A DNA stretch of 64,000 nt from Paecilomyces variotii. Taxonomy: Eukaryota. The position numbers were made by a program, and so were the translations under genes. This document shows, one piece after another, positions 39,875-51,722 of the stretch (positions are counted from its first letter, which is position 1; each line of letters starts with the position of its first letter). The notes below the pieces were generated by a model. That model searched no databases. It was not told the origin of the DNA and saw only the letters and a program-made list of their open reading frames with translations. The DNA is taken from assembly GCA_004022145.1 (NCBI GenBank), contig RCNU01000003.1. One strand, written 5' to 3'.

Positions 39875-41567
39875 TCTCGACACATAGACCGACCGACCTC
39901 TTATTTTCCTACCCTGTAACTGTTAATGCTTTGTGCTAAGCTTCCTTTTTTGGTTCACCATACTGCTTTTAACTCCCTGGTTCGATCTGGCATATCGAAC
40001 TCACCTTTCGCTTCATCAAGCACTGTTCGTTTTCTTTTCTTTTCTCTTTTCTGGCGTTTCTTCTTTCTTGGTTGGCCCGTACATGTATTCTTTATAACGT
40101 CGTTTTCGCTTTTCTGTCTCTTGTTTCGTACATACATCTAGGTCATCATGTGAAGGGATTCTTATGGGTTTAGGCTAGCGATTGATTTCAGCGTTTTGTT
40201 GAGGGAGCGGCTTGTTTCTAACACAGTTGCATTTTCCTTTTCCTTTCGTTACGGCTGCTACTCATGTACTGGTTACAGGGCTAGCTTGATGAGGACACGA
40301 TACATGATTACACTCTGATCTTCCATTTGTTACCTATCGGTTATCACAAAACACGCAGTGACTGTCAATAGAACTGACAGAGATGATCTCATTACCCCCA
40401 TCGTAGTGGCATTCATATCCCCTAGATACATCAACCTCTTCAGAACACCACAGCCACACTAGGCAAGCAGTATGAGGCTCAGGCTCGATAATGGTCCAGC
40501 ACCGCCTTGGAAGAACCGTGCCAGGTACAGTACAGATGCGATCGCGGAACAAGTGCCCCGGATAAATCATATATTTGGCGATCAATGACGTGAAATCCCA
40601 GATCTGTTTGGATCTAAACGGCCCCCATCCTACTGTCCAAACTTCACAGCCTCACTGACGGGGCAAGAGTGGTAGTTCGATACTGATTATTGCCCTTGCG
40701 CCACACCGCATCGGCAACGGTGATGGTCCTAACGGGCACTCCCGCCGAGGAACCTTGGGTCTTGACTCGAACCTCACGATCCTCCCTCACGTCGACGAGA
40801 CTCCGCATTGTTAATTCCGGCCGATTTCCACGATTCTAGCTTATTTACTCAAGCCGAGTAAGTTGAATCTGTTGACAAGATGGCTGATGGAGGTGAAGGC
40901 ACTGCCAGTGAGCGCATTGCGTTCCCATTTTCTCCCCACCAGGCGACAACGCGCCCAAAGCGACACCAGGAAAGCTATTATTCGAATCAGCCGCATGGCG
41001 CTACGACATCTAAGGAGGGGTCGAGCTCTCACCCATGTCAGCCTTGGGGCGTTTAGCCTCATGAGCAACGCCCCAGCGCGATCATCCTTCTCTGAGCTTC
41101 ATAGCCTCTGGGGGTTCATTCTTCCCTTCGTTTCTATAATCCGCAAACGTGCTCATCTGGTCTATCTTCCAGGGACGGGCTGAAGGTAGATCTGGAACCT
41201 CGTCTGGAGTCTATCACCAAAGGTGCAAGTCTAGCTGGTTTTTAGCATAAGGGCGCTATCTCCCTTTTATCAGCTACGCGGTGCTCCAGGTCGGTACTCT
41301 GTGACTGCTGAGCTCGTCTCAGGCGGTCTTACTGGATTCTTCAACGGAAACTTCGCGGCTACATGGTATTGAATCTTTGATCGTTGACGAGCGCAATCCT
41401 CACTCTCAAGTTCTCAAAACTTCCACGCTTTATTGTGACTCGTTAGCCGGAGTTGTACCATATGGTCTTGCGTCTGCATTGACATCTCCACCTCCCGCAT
41501 CGGTCATCGACGCCCTCGAGACAATACCGGTAGAGCAAACACCTGAGCACTTCCGTCTTCTGTGAAT

Positions 41568-44500
41568 ATGTCTACTCCTGCTACTGTCTCTGCTGCCTCT
41601 CCCGATAATCTATCCTCAAATCACTCTGCATTCAAAAGGCAAGCGTCCGAGCAGCTGTATCTCACGGTGCTCTCAGAACCAGATGAACTCGCCTTCCTGA
41701 GTGCGGCTGCTAGTATAAATTCCCGATGCCATACTCCTGTGGACTGTGATGGCAGCCAGATATCAGCTTCATCGTCTCCCCGATCAAGTACCAATTGGCA
41801 CGGGCCAGCGGACTCATTACATCGCCGCTCAGAATCCCCGCAAAACATAAATCTCGAATTTATGACTACCGGTGATGAGGATTACTTCGCACAGTGGTTG
41901 AATGACAATTACATAGAGGGCGACCAACAGAATGCCGGTCTCGGCTCGAAGATAAATTCAGGGACGTCACAGCTGCTCAGCCCTGGTCTCACGAATGACG
42001 TTAATACTCCTTCTGATGTTGAAGACAATGCGGCCATGACCGAAATAGTTAACCACCAAACAACAACATTGGAAGATGGGAAGACCAGAACAGACTCCAG
42101 CTCCGGTTGTAATGCCGCAGCATCATCGCAACTTGCACCGTATTCCCTGAATATGAATGGTGCTGCAACAGGAGAGACTCTGCCTGTGATCACAAGCCCT
42201 GTTGTGACAGTGTCAGCCTACAGCCGCGGTGACTCACCTCATGCAGATGCCCGATTCAGGAGTGCAAGCATATCGTCCAGCCTATCAAACCAGGGCCAGA
42301 GACGTCGTCGTGGTTCCGAAGATCACGCACAGACACTCATGAGCCCTCCATCTTTGCGTGCAGAGGATGGATCGTGGGTACCCGACTCCGCTACTGGTCA
42401 TGCCGGAATCGATCCCCTTTCGAGGGGGGATACTCAGATCCAGAGCCCTAACCAGGTTGAGGAACAGCGCAAAATCGCGGAGAAGAATGCGGATATTCAG
42501 ACGTGGTCCGCTTCAGTTATTAGACCCAGGGCAAGAAGTACTGGTAATCTAAGTCACCGCAAAGATTATTTTGACACCGCGCCTGGGGACCTACATTTTG
42601 ATGACTCGCACATACCAGGGCCTGGGATCCTAATCAACGAGCCAAGCGATGATGAGAGCGATGTTTCAAGTGAAGAGGAATCTTCTGCCGAAGATGTCAT
42701 CCCAACAGAAGAGCCCTTGAGACCTGAGCCTGAACCAGAACCTCACCAGTTCTTCCGACCTTATCCATGGTACGACCCGCCTCGAGACCATAGGACGACG
42801 GCGTCAAAAGAGCACCCTGAAAGCTCCAATGCTGCAATCGTGGAGTTCTTGAAAAAGGCTAAGGATGTGGAGACAGCGTCTCGGGTAGCAACCTGGGGAA
42901 CTCGAAGGAAGAGCGACCCAGAAGTCGGGAGTCTCAAGCCAGCAGAGGGTTCATCCAGTAAGCCCACTGTGGTCGGAGAACGAAGAAACAGCCTTTTCAA
43001 ACGTATACCGCGGATGGGTGACAGCAGTACCAAAAGGAAAATGTCCGACTCTCACCAGCAAAGGCAGGAACCTATCTGCATTGGCGGAGACAATAAAATT
43101 CATGAAAGAAAAGGTAGTTTTACCTTTGGGATACCGTCTCCCCAGCGTAAATTAAGCGTTGGGCGATCCAAGTCAACGTCTCTAAATACGAGCAGTGCCT
43201 TAGTCGCTATGACGGGCCAAATGGCTGCCGTTGGGAAAAGCACCTCATCTGATTCAGCATTTGGATCTTTGGCACCTCGATTTAGCAGGAATAGGAGCAA
43301 AAGTGACATCTCTAAGACATCAAAATTTGGGATTATAGAGTTAATTTCTGGACATGGAGGACCGCCTGTGGCAAATATCAGATCTCCGACTCTTGCAGCC
43401 CCCAGCCACGGTGCAGCGCATGAGAGTATAGGTCATAATAACGCCGAGGAGAAAAGGCTAACTCTCAGGCAAAGGACGGTGACAATGGACTTCTCAATAC
43501 AGTCACAAACACCTCTACCCACCATTGAGGGCTTCAGAAAGCAAGTCGAAAAACTCAATCCGCGCATGCATCCCTGCTTGATTGAACGTCTTGCTCGTGA
43601 ACAGGTTAGTCGCTACAAGAGTCTAAGGGAGGCAAAAGCGAAACATGCACTCGCAGTCAAGCAGAACAACTGCAATGCCGGCAATCATTGCTTCGCTCTC
43701 GGTGGACAGGCGACCCTGCTATCCCCGAAAACTAATGGGCTTGACCCCGATACTACCTGTTCTCAGTACCAAATACCTGGGCACGAGACAAGTGACAACG
43801 AGTCTAACGCAGTCCCTGAGGGCATTGTTGCTTCTGCTCAGTTCCCTTCAGGCGTACCTTTGCCTCCTGTCAAGCGCTTGCCTGCTGAGTTCGAATGCAC
43901 GCTATGCTTCGAAGTCAGGAAAATCATGAAGCCATCAGACTGGACGAAACATGTCCATGAGGATATTTATCCATTCACATGTACTTTCCCGGACTGTCCC
44001 CAGGCAAAAAAATCATTCAAAAGGAAAGCCGACTGGGTTAGACATGAGAACGAAGTGCATCGGAAGCTGGAATGGTGGACCTGCAGCTTCCAAGACTGCC
44101 AACACCTGTGCTACCGGAAAAACAATTTTATTAAGCACCTCGAAAGAGAACACGGAATTCTTGGGCCTGGAGCAAGGAAAACAGCTGCCAGGAAAGCGAG
44201 CGTCAAAGATGATATTGACGGTTCCGACGGTGAACGGGATATGAGCGGCATTGCAAGTTCAAACGAATTGTGGCAACTCGTGGAATCATGTCGCCATGAG
44301 ACGACAAAGACACCACAAGATGAGCCCTGTCGATTTTGTGGTAACGTTTGCAGTAGCTGGAAAAAGCTCACTGTACATCTTGCGAAACACTTGGAGCAGA
44401 TCGCCATGCCTGTTTTGCAGATCTTGAAAGACGTCGAAGTGCCAGCCGACGCAACCGCAGAATCTTCTGTACCAGGAAGCGACGGTCAAAATATGGATCC

Positions 44501-45011
44501 ATCAATGCACTACAGAGATATCGGGGCCATGGCATCTCCCATCCCAGCGGCTGTTAAGATGGAACAAGACGTGGTGACCGGTTTATCGCAGGTCCCAACC
44601 TTCAATAATCTAGCTTATCGGATTGAAAGTCTCGCCGCTGCGCCTGTTTCAGCTTACACAAGTCAGCCACCGACTCATAATCATTTGGGCAACTACATGC
44701 AATCTCAAACACCGGTGTTCAATAACACTTCATCGTCTCATCTTAATGTGCCCGGTTTCGGGACATGGAACTCCTTTGCAGGCCAACAAGAATTTGCGTA
44801 TAGTCGCGGAGACTCTGTCACTTATCCTCCAGTTTCCATGCCGGGAACCTTCAGTGAACCGAACCACAACCCCGCAGCTCGTTCTTATCCCCCAAGGAAT
44901 TCGACGACGCAACTAGATACTAGCATTACGGTTTATGATCCCGACCAACCGCTCTGTGCGTCTCCTACAGATAATCTTTGCCCATGGCCAGCCGACCGTC
45001 AGGGAAGATAG
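41568..45011 (+). CDS. C2H2 zinc-finger protein (putative transcription factor), one long exon; start uncertain
   Basis: FECTLCF..KPSDWTKHVHED; FTCTFPDC..SFKRKADWVRHENEVH; WTCSFQDC..FIKHLEREH; CRFCG..LTVHLAKH. Confidence 0.88.
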   Translation: MSTPATVSAASPDNLSSNHSAFKRQASEQLYLTVLSEPDELAFLSAAASINSRCHTPVDCDGSQISASSSPRSSTNWHGPADSLHRRSESPQNINLEFMTTGDEDYFAQWLNDNYIEGDQQNAGLGSKINSGTSQLLSPGLTNDVNTPSDVEDNAAMTEIVNHQTTTLEDGKTRTDSSSGCNAAASSQLAPYSLNMNGAATGETLPVITSPVVTVSAYSRGDSPHADARFRSASISSSLSNQGQRRRRGSEDHAQTLMSPPSLRAEDGSWVPDSATGHAGIDPLSRGDTQIQSPNQVEEQRKIAEKNADIQTWSASVIRPRARSTGNLSHRKDYFDTAPGDLHFDDSHIPGPGILINEPSDDESDVSSEEESSAEDVIPTEEPLRPEPEPEPHQFFRPYPWYDPPRDHRTTASKEHPESSNAAIVEFLKKAKDVETASRVATWGTRRKSDPEVGSLKPAEGSSSKPTVVGERRNSLFKRIPRMGDSSTKRKMSDSHQQRQEPICIGGDNKIHERKGSFTFGIPSPQRKLSVGRSKSTSLNTSSALVAMTGQMAAVGKSTSSDSAFGSLAPRFSRNRSKSDISKTSKFGIIELISGHGGPPVANIRSPTLAAPSHGAAHESIGHNNAEEKRLTLRQRTVTMDFSIQSQTPLPTIEGFRKQVEKLNPRMHPCLIERLAREQVSRYKSLREAKAKHALAVKQNNCNAGNHCFALGGQATLLSPKTNGLDPDTTCSQYQIPGHETSDNESNAVPEGIVASAQFPSGVPLPPVKRLPAEFECTLCFEVRKIMKPSDWTKHVHEDIYPFTCTFPDCPQAKKSFKRKADWVRHENEVHRKLEWWTCSFQDCQHLCYRKNNFIKHLEREHGILGPGARKTAARKASVKDDIDGSDGERDMSGIASSNELWQLVESCRHETTKTPQDEPCRFCGNVCSSWKKLTVHLAKHLEQIAMPVLQILKDVEVPADATAESSVPGSDGQNMDPSMHYRDIGAMASPIPAAVKMEQDVVTGLSQVPTFNNLAYRIESLAAAPVSAYTSQPPTHNHLGNYMQSQTPVFNNTSSSHLNVPGFGTWNSFAGQQEFAYSRGDSVTYPPVSMPGTFSEPNHNPAARSYPPRNSTTQLDTSITVYDPDQPLCASPTDNLCPWPADRQGR

Positions 45012-47887
45012 AGTATTGGATCCTTCGGTCTCTGATCCCATGGGAGACATGTATATTCAAATAGCAGGGAATACACACCAGCCGTTTTTCCAATGAATCA
45101 TGCATCAGCGGAAATGTCGGCCACATATACACATTATTTTGGGCCTTGTTTGTCTATTTTACTATTATTATTTCCATCTGTTCCTCGTTCCTAGATACCA
45201 CTTTCTTTTTGTTTATCTTTTCGGGTTTCTTTATCCACAATTGAAGCTGTGCTTGAATTTCACAGTGCAGTTTACGCACGACTTCATATAGGATTTTATG
45301 ATATCAACAAACAGTATGGTTACCGCATTTACTAGCCAATAAGCGGCCCTTGGGTTGGTAACGAAATATATCCTAGCTGCTCCAGCTGATTAGAAGAGCG
45401 ACCGATTTGTTGAACCCTCGGACACTATTAACATTACGACAGCTTTCTCGAAGACTTGAGGTTAGCCTGAGAGCCTGGGAGCTAAAAGGAAGATTCCTCC
45501 TTTATGAAGATCGCCGCAGTAGTTCTGATGCCACCATCTTCATATCTAGCCCCGGTTTAATCACACCACACAGAATGCTTATCACTGGCCAATACATGCG
45601 GTAGGAATTTGCCTTGAGGCTATTCTTTCGCGGGACCAGGGAACATCTAGAAGCCGCCTCACATGGTGATACATCATACAAGAGATACCTCGAGCGGGGT
45701 ACGTAGAGAAGTTTTAACTGTCATTTACATCTATCCCAGCAACTCGGAACCAGGCGGTGAAGCGCTGAAGCATCCTTTCAAGCCACGTCTTATAAACTCG
45801 CGCCGGGTAGATGCACACTCAGATGATTCCAGTTAAGACTTATAACTAAGAAAGGATACACTAAAAGGTGACTCGAGAGTCTCGAAGACTAGATTAACCA
45901 GGCCATGCGGGTGCCTGAACATGTGGGAAAGATCGGGTGAAAGTGATCAGCACATTTCACCTTTTCACACGGGGTGGAATCACCCAAGCTAAGCTCTATA
46001 TAGTTAAATTTGGCGTTCTAGGCCTGGAACAGTGGACACTGACCTGACATGGCGCTTTCTGAGTGCTTTGTTATACAGCACCTCCTCCGTAAACTCCTAC
46101 TTAAATCCCGCAGGGTTGCACGAGGTGGATTGGCACGGGTGTAAATCCCTAGTACTTCTGTGCATTCTGAAGCATGCAGAGAGACAGGTGTGGGATCCAA
46201 TAGCTCCTGTAGATATATATGTAATACATCGGAGTACGCCAACGGAACAGTTAAATATGTATGAGATCCTGGAGAAGCTGCGATCTGATTATAATTAAAT
46301 ATTGGACTGCATAAATCGCCCGGCAGTAGCGGCGCTACGCCAAACGACAAGGCAAGCCCATTACGGACAGAAAACAACGATGAATGCACTAAGTGGATAT
46401 TAGCTTCATGTTTCTCATCAGGCAGCAGGAACGCTCTGATGGGCCGCATCCCCCCAACAGAGCTACGAGTAGCTTCCAAGCGTCAGAGCCACAATAGCCC
46501 GTTATATCCCACATGTCCACGCTGTAATAATATCGTGTGGGGGAGTCAGAGACCGGCCCTCCTGACGGATGACGATTGTGCTTACTTACCAGATGACCAG
46601 GATGATCAACCGTTATCTTTTGGATGCGCGATGTGGTGGTCATTTGCCCAACTCAGCCACACACAGCGGTGGTTGCACTTAGTCTGTAAGTTGTTGAACA
46701 AATATCCCGTTGCCTTGCTGATGCTTTCCCGATCGGTCGTCGGACGAGACATTCTAGAGCCTCTCTAGTTGATCGCCACCAGCAGGGATCTCAGGGCGGC
46801 CCGTTGAGTGAGATTTCACCTTTGCAGCTCGAGATTGTTTCAGGGTGATGAGTGCCGCTGAAACGACACTCAAGAACTGGCTCTGCAGAGGTGCAGACGG
46901 AGTATGAATTCCACGAGTCAGTCTGTCAGCAATCAGCATATTTTGGCCATGGGTCGAAGAGGGTATCAGACTCAAAAAAGAAAAAGGAAGAGAAAGGAAC
47001 TTACCAGTTCTAAGTCTCAGATAGATGCAGTACTTAAGACCTGTTGTGGGCCAGCAAGGCTATTTGTCGCTGGCTGGGGAAGTACAGTAGATGCCTTGGA
47101 CCGACGCATGCCGCAGCGTCACATCAGTAATAATTAATACTAGCAAGGTACTACTTGTACTGACCGTTAGCAACAACAAATCCCACCATGGCAGATGTCA
47201 TAAGCCTCTCCTTTTCTATTTGTCCTGTCGCTGTCTATATTTCCCAGCCTTATACGTCTTCGTCTACAATTACCCAGGCGCAAAAAAAGCCACAATGAAG
47301 ACATACTTGCTCAATCATTTCCGTTAAAACTGGGCACCATTTGACCCAACTTCAAGCCTTTTCTTTTCTTCTCTTTTCTTTTGTCGGGCGCTCACGCCTC
47401 CAGGCTGTGCAAAACAGCATACAGGTACAATTGTCAATTATCTCTTTCGAGACACGTATTCCGGGCCCTGACACAATTGCCATTCTGCGAAAGGGACATA
47501 CTATACCGGCCAATCGAATCTAATCCTTCAGCCGGGAGCAGATCCCATCAATGCCCACTGGGGAAAAAGGCGCATCGTTAGGGCTACCAAGGTGAGAACT
47601 AACTGGGTTCACCGGAAGGATCGTTGATCATCCTCCGACAATCTCTGGCTGATCGTCCCAAGAGAAAGTTGTGCGCGCGACCTTACAGACCGGGGGTGGA
47701 GAGTTTCTTAACTGCGCTTATCCCGTCTCTAACTCAGGTCTAAGCTGATAGCTTTTGTTCTAGACCCGAAGGATCCAAATACGGTTATTAAGAAAGTACT
47801 TTATCCGCGTGTTATTGTGCCTTCATAGGCTTTGCTATGCTTTGGATTCTTCACGAATAGTGCGGCGAGCACGATTCAACTAGCAGC

Positions 47888-50800
47888 ATGACGACCGAAT
47901 ATGATCAACCTCACAAATTGCATGTTCCAGAGAACCTTATCGACGTATGTCAGGTCTTTTCTTTCCTTTCTATTAATAAATGGCTGGCCACGAACCATGT
48001 CTTCGACATTGAAGTTTTCTGTTATCACTAGGGCGGGAAACGGCCTAAGCAGGCTACAGAATGAGGCAGATGGTCTCGACCTCCTTCAGTATACCATGCA
48101 ACCTTCCAGCTAACTATGATATGTTTGCTATATAGCCTTTCCCGTTCCCTGGCCTCTTTGAAGAATCGTCTTTCTGGGGTAGCGGCCCTGGGGAGGACCT
48201 TCAGGGCATCATGGACACCCGCATGGGACCACCGGCGGTGCCAATGGACCCTTCATCTGATAGCATCAGAGATATTTCGGCATTCAATTCAAAAAGTTCC
48301 GTATCATTGTTTGGTCCTCAGCTACAGAATCCAGTGCCTGACTCAGGGGACAGTCGAAACCATGCGTCCATATTGCCTCCATGGTCTCCAGGCCAAGGTC
48401 TATCACCGAGGAATACTGGCGTTCCTTTATCCTCGTACACAGTGAAAAGTTTCTATAACAACCCAGATGCATGGACACCACTACAGGTAACCGGCGTACC
48501 AGGAAATCCGTCATTTATGGGCTCTCGCGGTGCATATAAACAACAGCCAGCTCATAATTCTGATAGGAGATTATCATATTATCAGCATGGACCTTATACA
48601 GATCCTGAAGTCAAGCCTCGCGCCGGTTCCTCTTCTGATTCAGGGTATGGGACCAAGACTTTGACGACGGGGTCTGTGATCAGTTACACGTGTCCAATGG
48701 ATCCTGTCTCTACGCCGCGACAGGTCAATGCTCCACTGCAGAGTGGTCAGCCAATTGATGCCACTGTGCCTCTAAATTTTGAACAACGTCAGGAGCTTCC
48801 TCCAGCTGGATCACACCGAGAACCGCTGCCAAGGACATTCCCAGAAGAAATAAGATGCAGCTATCCAGGTTGTCAGTGGAAAGGAAAATGTCCCTCTGAT
48901 AAGAGGTACGTTCATAATGTATCTTATAACCGATAAGCATAAGCTAAGTTCTCGGAAAGAAAACACGAAGCCAGACATAAAAAGATGCATAAGTGCGATG
49001 AACCATCATGTTCACGCAAAGAAGGTTTTGGGACTGTGAATGATCTCGAAAGGCATAAGAAATGCATCCATAACAAGGAGCCTGAACGCGGACCGAAGAT
49101 ATTGTATATGTGTTTTGCACCTAATTGTCCACGGAGAAATAAACAGTGGCCGCGACTAGACAATTTCCGCCAGCATCTTACCCGGATGCATCGTGATGAA
49201 GATCCTGTACAGCTGTTGAAAAAGTAAGTCATCATGTATATTATCCTCTCGTTATGCTGTTTTCTCATAGTGCCTAGATCTGAAGAGTGGTATCATCGCT
49301 GGAAAGAGAGCCAGGAAGCTTCAAAGTGGCTTGTGGAACCAGCTCCTCTTTCTGATTTATCGTGTAATAAGCCCCAGGGTTTGTCTGCTCTGATAAGTCT
49401 TGACGAAGAGCCCAAGGCCTATTCCAACAGTGCATATCGAGCTCCCTGCACTACGGTTGTTGCGCCGGGTGAAACTATGATGACCGAAGATCTTCTCGGT
49501 CCATCCGAAAGCCTGACTCTGAGCCCCATAAAGGACATGAGGCCCTTCGATAAGCGTAGCGATCAAGAGTCGCAATCGGAAATAGCACAGAAAGACTCGC
49601 AGCAATCCCCTGCAGAGAAACGGCAAGTGGCGCTTCCGGGACTGAAGTCTCTGAACCTGCCCCTCAATAAAGATGGCAAGAACTTGCAGTCTATGTCATC
49701 GAATATGAACCGAGGGAGACATCATGACATTGTGGCTGAAGCTGCCTTGAATGTGGTCGATGCCATGACAAGATTAATGGATAGCGGCCAGAGAAGGCAG
49801 AGTGATCAAGAGGCACTCAGAGCTAAGGCAGCTAGTGCTGAGAAAGCTGCTACGCTGCAGGATAGGAAGAAAGAAATGCTCCAGAAGATCTTGTCTGCTG
49901 CTTTGGAGCATCTGGGAGGTCCAGATACTGGAGCAGATGGGGGGATATGCAAAAGTCCCTCTTCCATACCGAGTGCCGCGACTGATACTGAAAGGTCTCT
50001 TCAATGCAAAGTCTGTGGAAAGACGACTCGTCTTCCCTGTGAGCTAAAGTCTGAATTCCCACCCCCAAAATAGTTTCTCCTCGCTAACTATCGAGATATA
50101 GAAAGCATATGAAACGCCATGAGAGACCATACGGCTGTACGTTTCCTAAATGCTACAAGGAATTCGGCAGCAAAGCAGACTGGAAACGGCATGAGAACTC
50201 ACAACATTTCCACCTGCAAAGTTGGCGCTGTACCCTTCCAGATATTGGTGACCAGACACTCGAATGTGCGCGTCTTTTCTACCGTCAAGAAACATACGTG
50301 CAGCATCTTACTTCTCTGCACTCCATCAAGGATGAAGAGGTCAAGCCTCTACTTCTCAAGAACCGACTCGGTCGAAATGGCCAATCGCAATTCTGGTGCG
50401 GATTCTGCAGGAAGATCATCCCGTTGGAACAACAGGGTCTAGAGGCGTGGAATGAAAGATTCAATCATATTGACAGTGAACATTTCAAATCAGGCGAGAG
50501 AATCGGATCATGGGTCTCACCCACCGGTCGTTTAACCAAGGATCAGGAGAAAGAAGCAGAAAAGCAAGAGAAAGCGAGGAATAGAGAAGAAACTTATGAG
50601 ATTAGCGAGAACGACAGCAGTAGCAGCAGCAGTGGCTCCAATTCTGATCCTGACGATATTCCTGAGGAGTCATCATCCCACCCAACAACAACAAGAACAA
50701 GAAGAGACGGAGCCTCTGATGATGCATATTCTCATAACGAAGGAGAAGCAACTGTCACACAGAAAACCAACAACTCTTCTGAAACTCCACACTCGCAAGT

Positions 50801-51331
50801 TGAACAGACGCATAACCACAATCACAGGAAGAGAAAATCGGCCCTCGTCTCGGACGCAAACGCAAGCAGCAGCTCAACCGTTCCCAGAGTCCCGAGACAA
50901 GGACCCTCAACCCATGCGGCTAAGCTAAAGAAGCTACGAACAGAAAGACAAGAAGCAGCCTCATCACTCTTCTTCACCAAATATTCGCGATCAGAACAAC
51001 CTGATACTGATATAAGAATCTGTGTACGTGAACACTAGCACCACTTCTATTCTCCCCTCTCCTTCTTCCCCCTACCTCCCTTGGGAAAACCCCCATCATG
51101 AAAAAATACATACCCCCTAATATCCATCCTGAACATTATCATAGCATAACTATTATATAAAAAATAACTATCACTAACATGACCTCGGAGAGAAAACAGT
51201 GTCAATGCCATCAAGGACCCTGCGTTTATGAAGTCAATGATCGATGCGTGACCTGTTCGCATGTCTTTTGCAGTGCATGCCAATCTTTATCTTATGAGGA
51301 GCAGTCAAGGGGAGTAAATAGTTCAGTTTAA
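47888..51331 (+). CDS. Multi-C2H2 zinc-finger protein (exons 47888-47944, 48136-48905, 48960-49223, 49278-50048, 50102-51023, 51200-51331)
   Basis: All five introns preserve frame; fingers CSYPGC..KRKHEARH, CDEPSC..DLERHKKCIH, CFAPNC..FRQHLTRMH, CKVC..LKKHMKRH, CTFPKC..WKRHENSQH, CGFC..FNHIDSEH; Cys-rich last exon. Confidence 0.87.
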
Positions 51332-51722
51332 GTTTGTATGCCATTTTGGAGAGGCTTATTTGTAGATAGTGATGATGGAGGGTCGTTGTTTTCTACTTTT
51401 TTTTTTCTTTTCTTTGAGGATATATGATCGGAATGTGAGGGAATTAGCAGAGTTGAGTACAGTTGGGTTAGATAGATATTGTTATGTGATATTTCTTTTA
51501 AGGGGCTTTTACCGAAGTGTCTACAAAATACGTACATGGTTTTTCTGATATCTGCCTTTTTTTTTTTAACTGAAGAACCAACGATTGAGAACGTCAATAT
51601 AATGTTGATTTCGATTGCACTTAAAAAGTCGTTTGAGTATAGATATTTATTCACAAAATCATCCTTATTTCATCACTCTACATACATACATACATTAAGG
51701 GGGCATTGATCATGAATGCCAT

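Noticed and set aside
40750..40790. tRNA T-loop-like GGTTCGAGTC on the minus strand
   Set aside because: No T-stem pairing or cloverleaf.
45100..47600. Many short ORFs in the spacer between the zinc-finger genes
   Set aside because: No domain, consistent splicing or transposon signature found.
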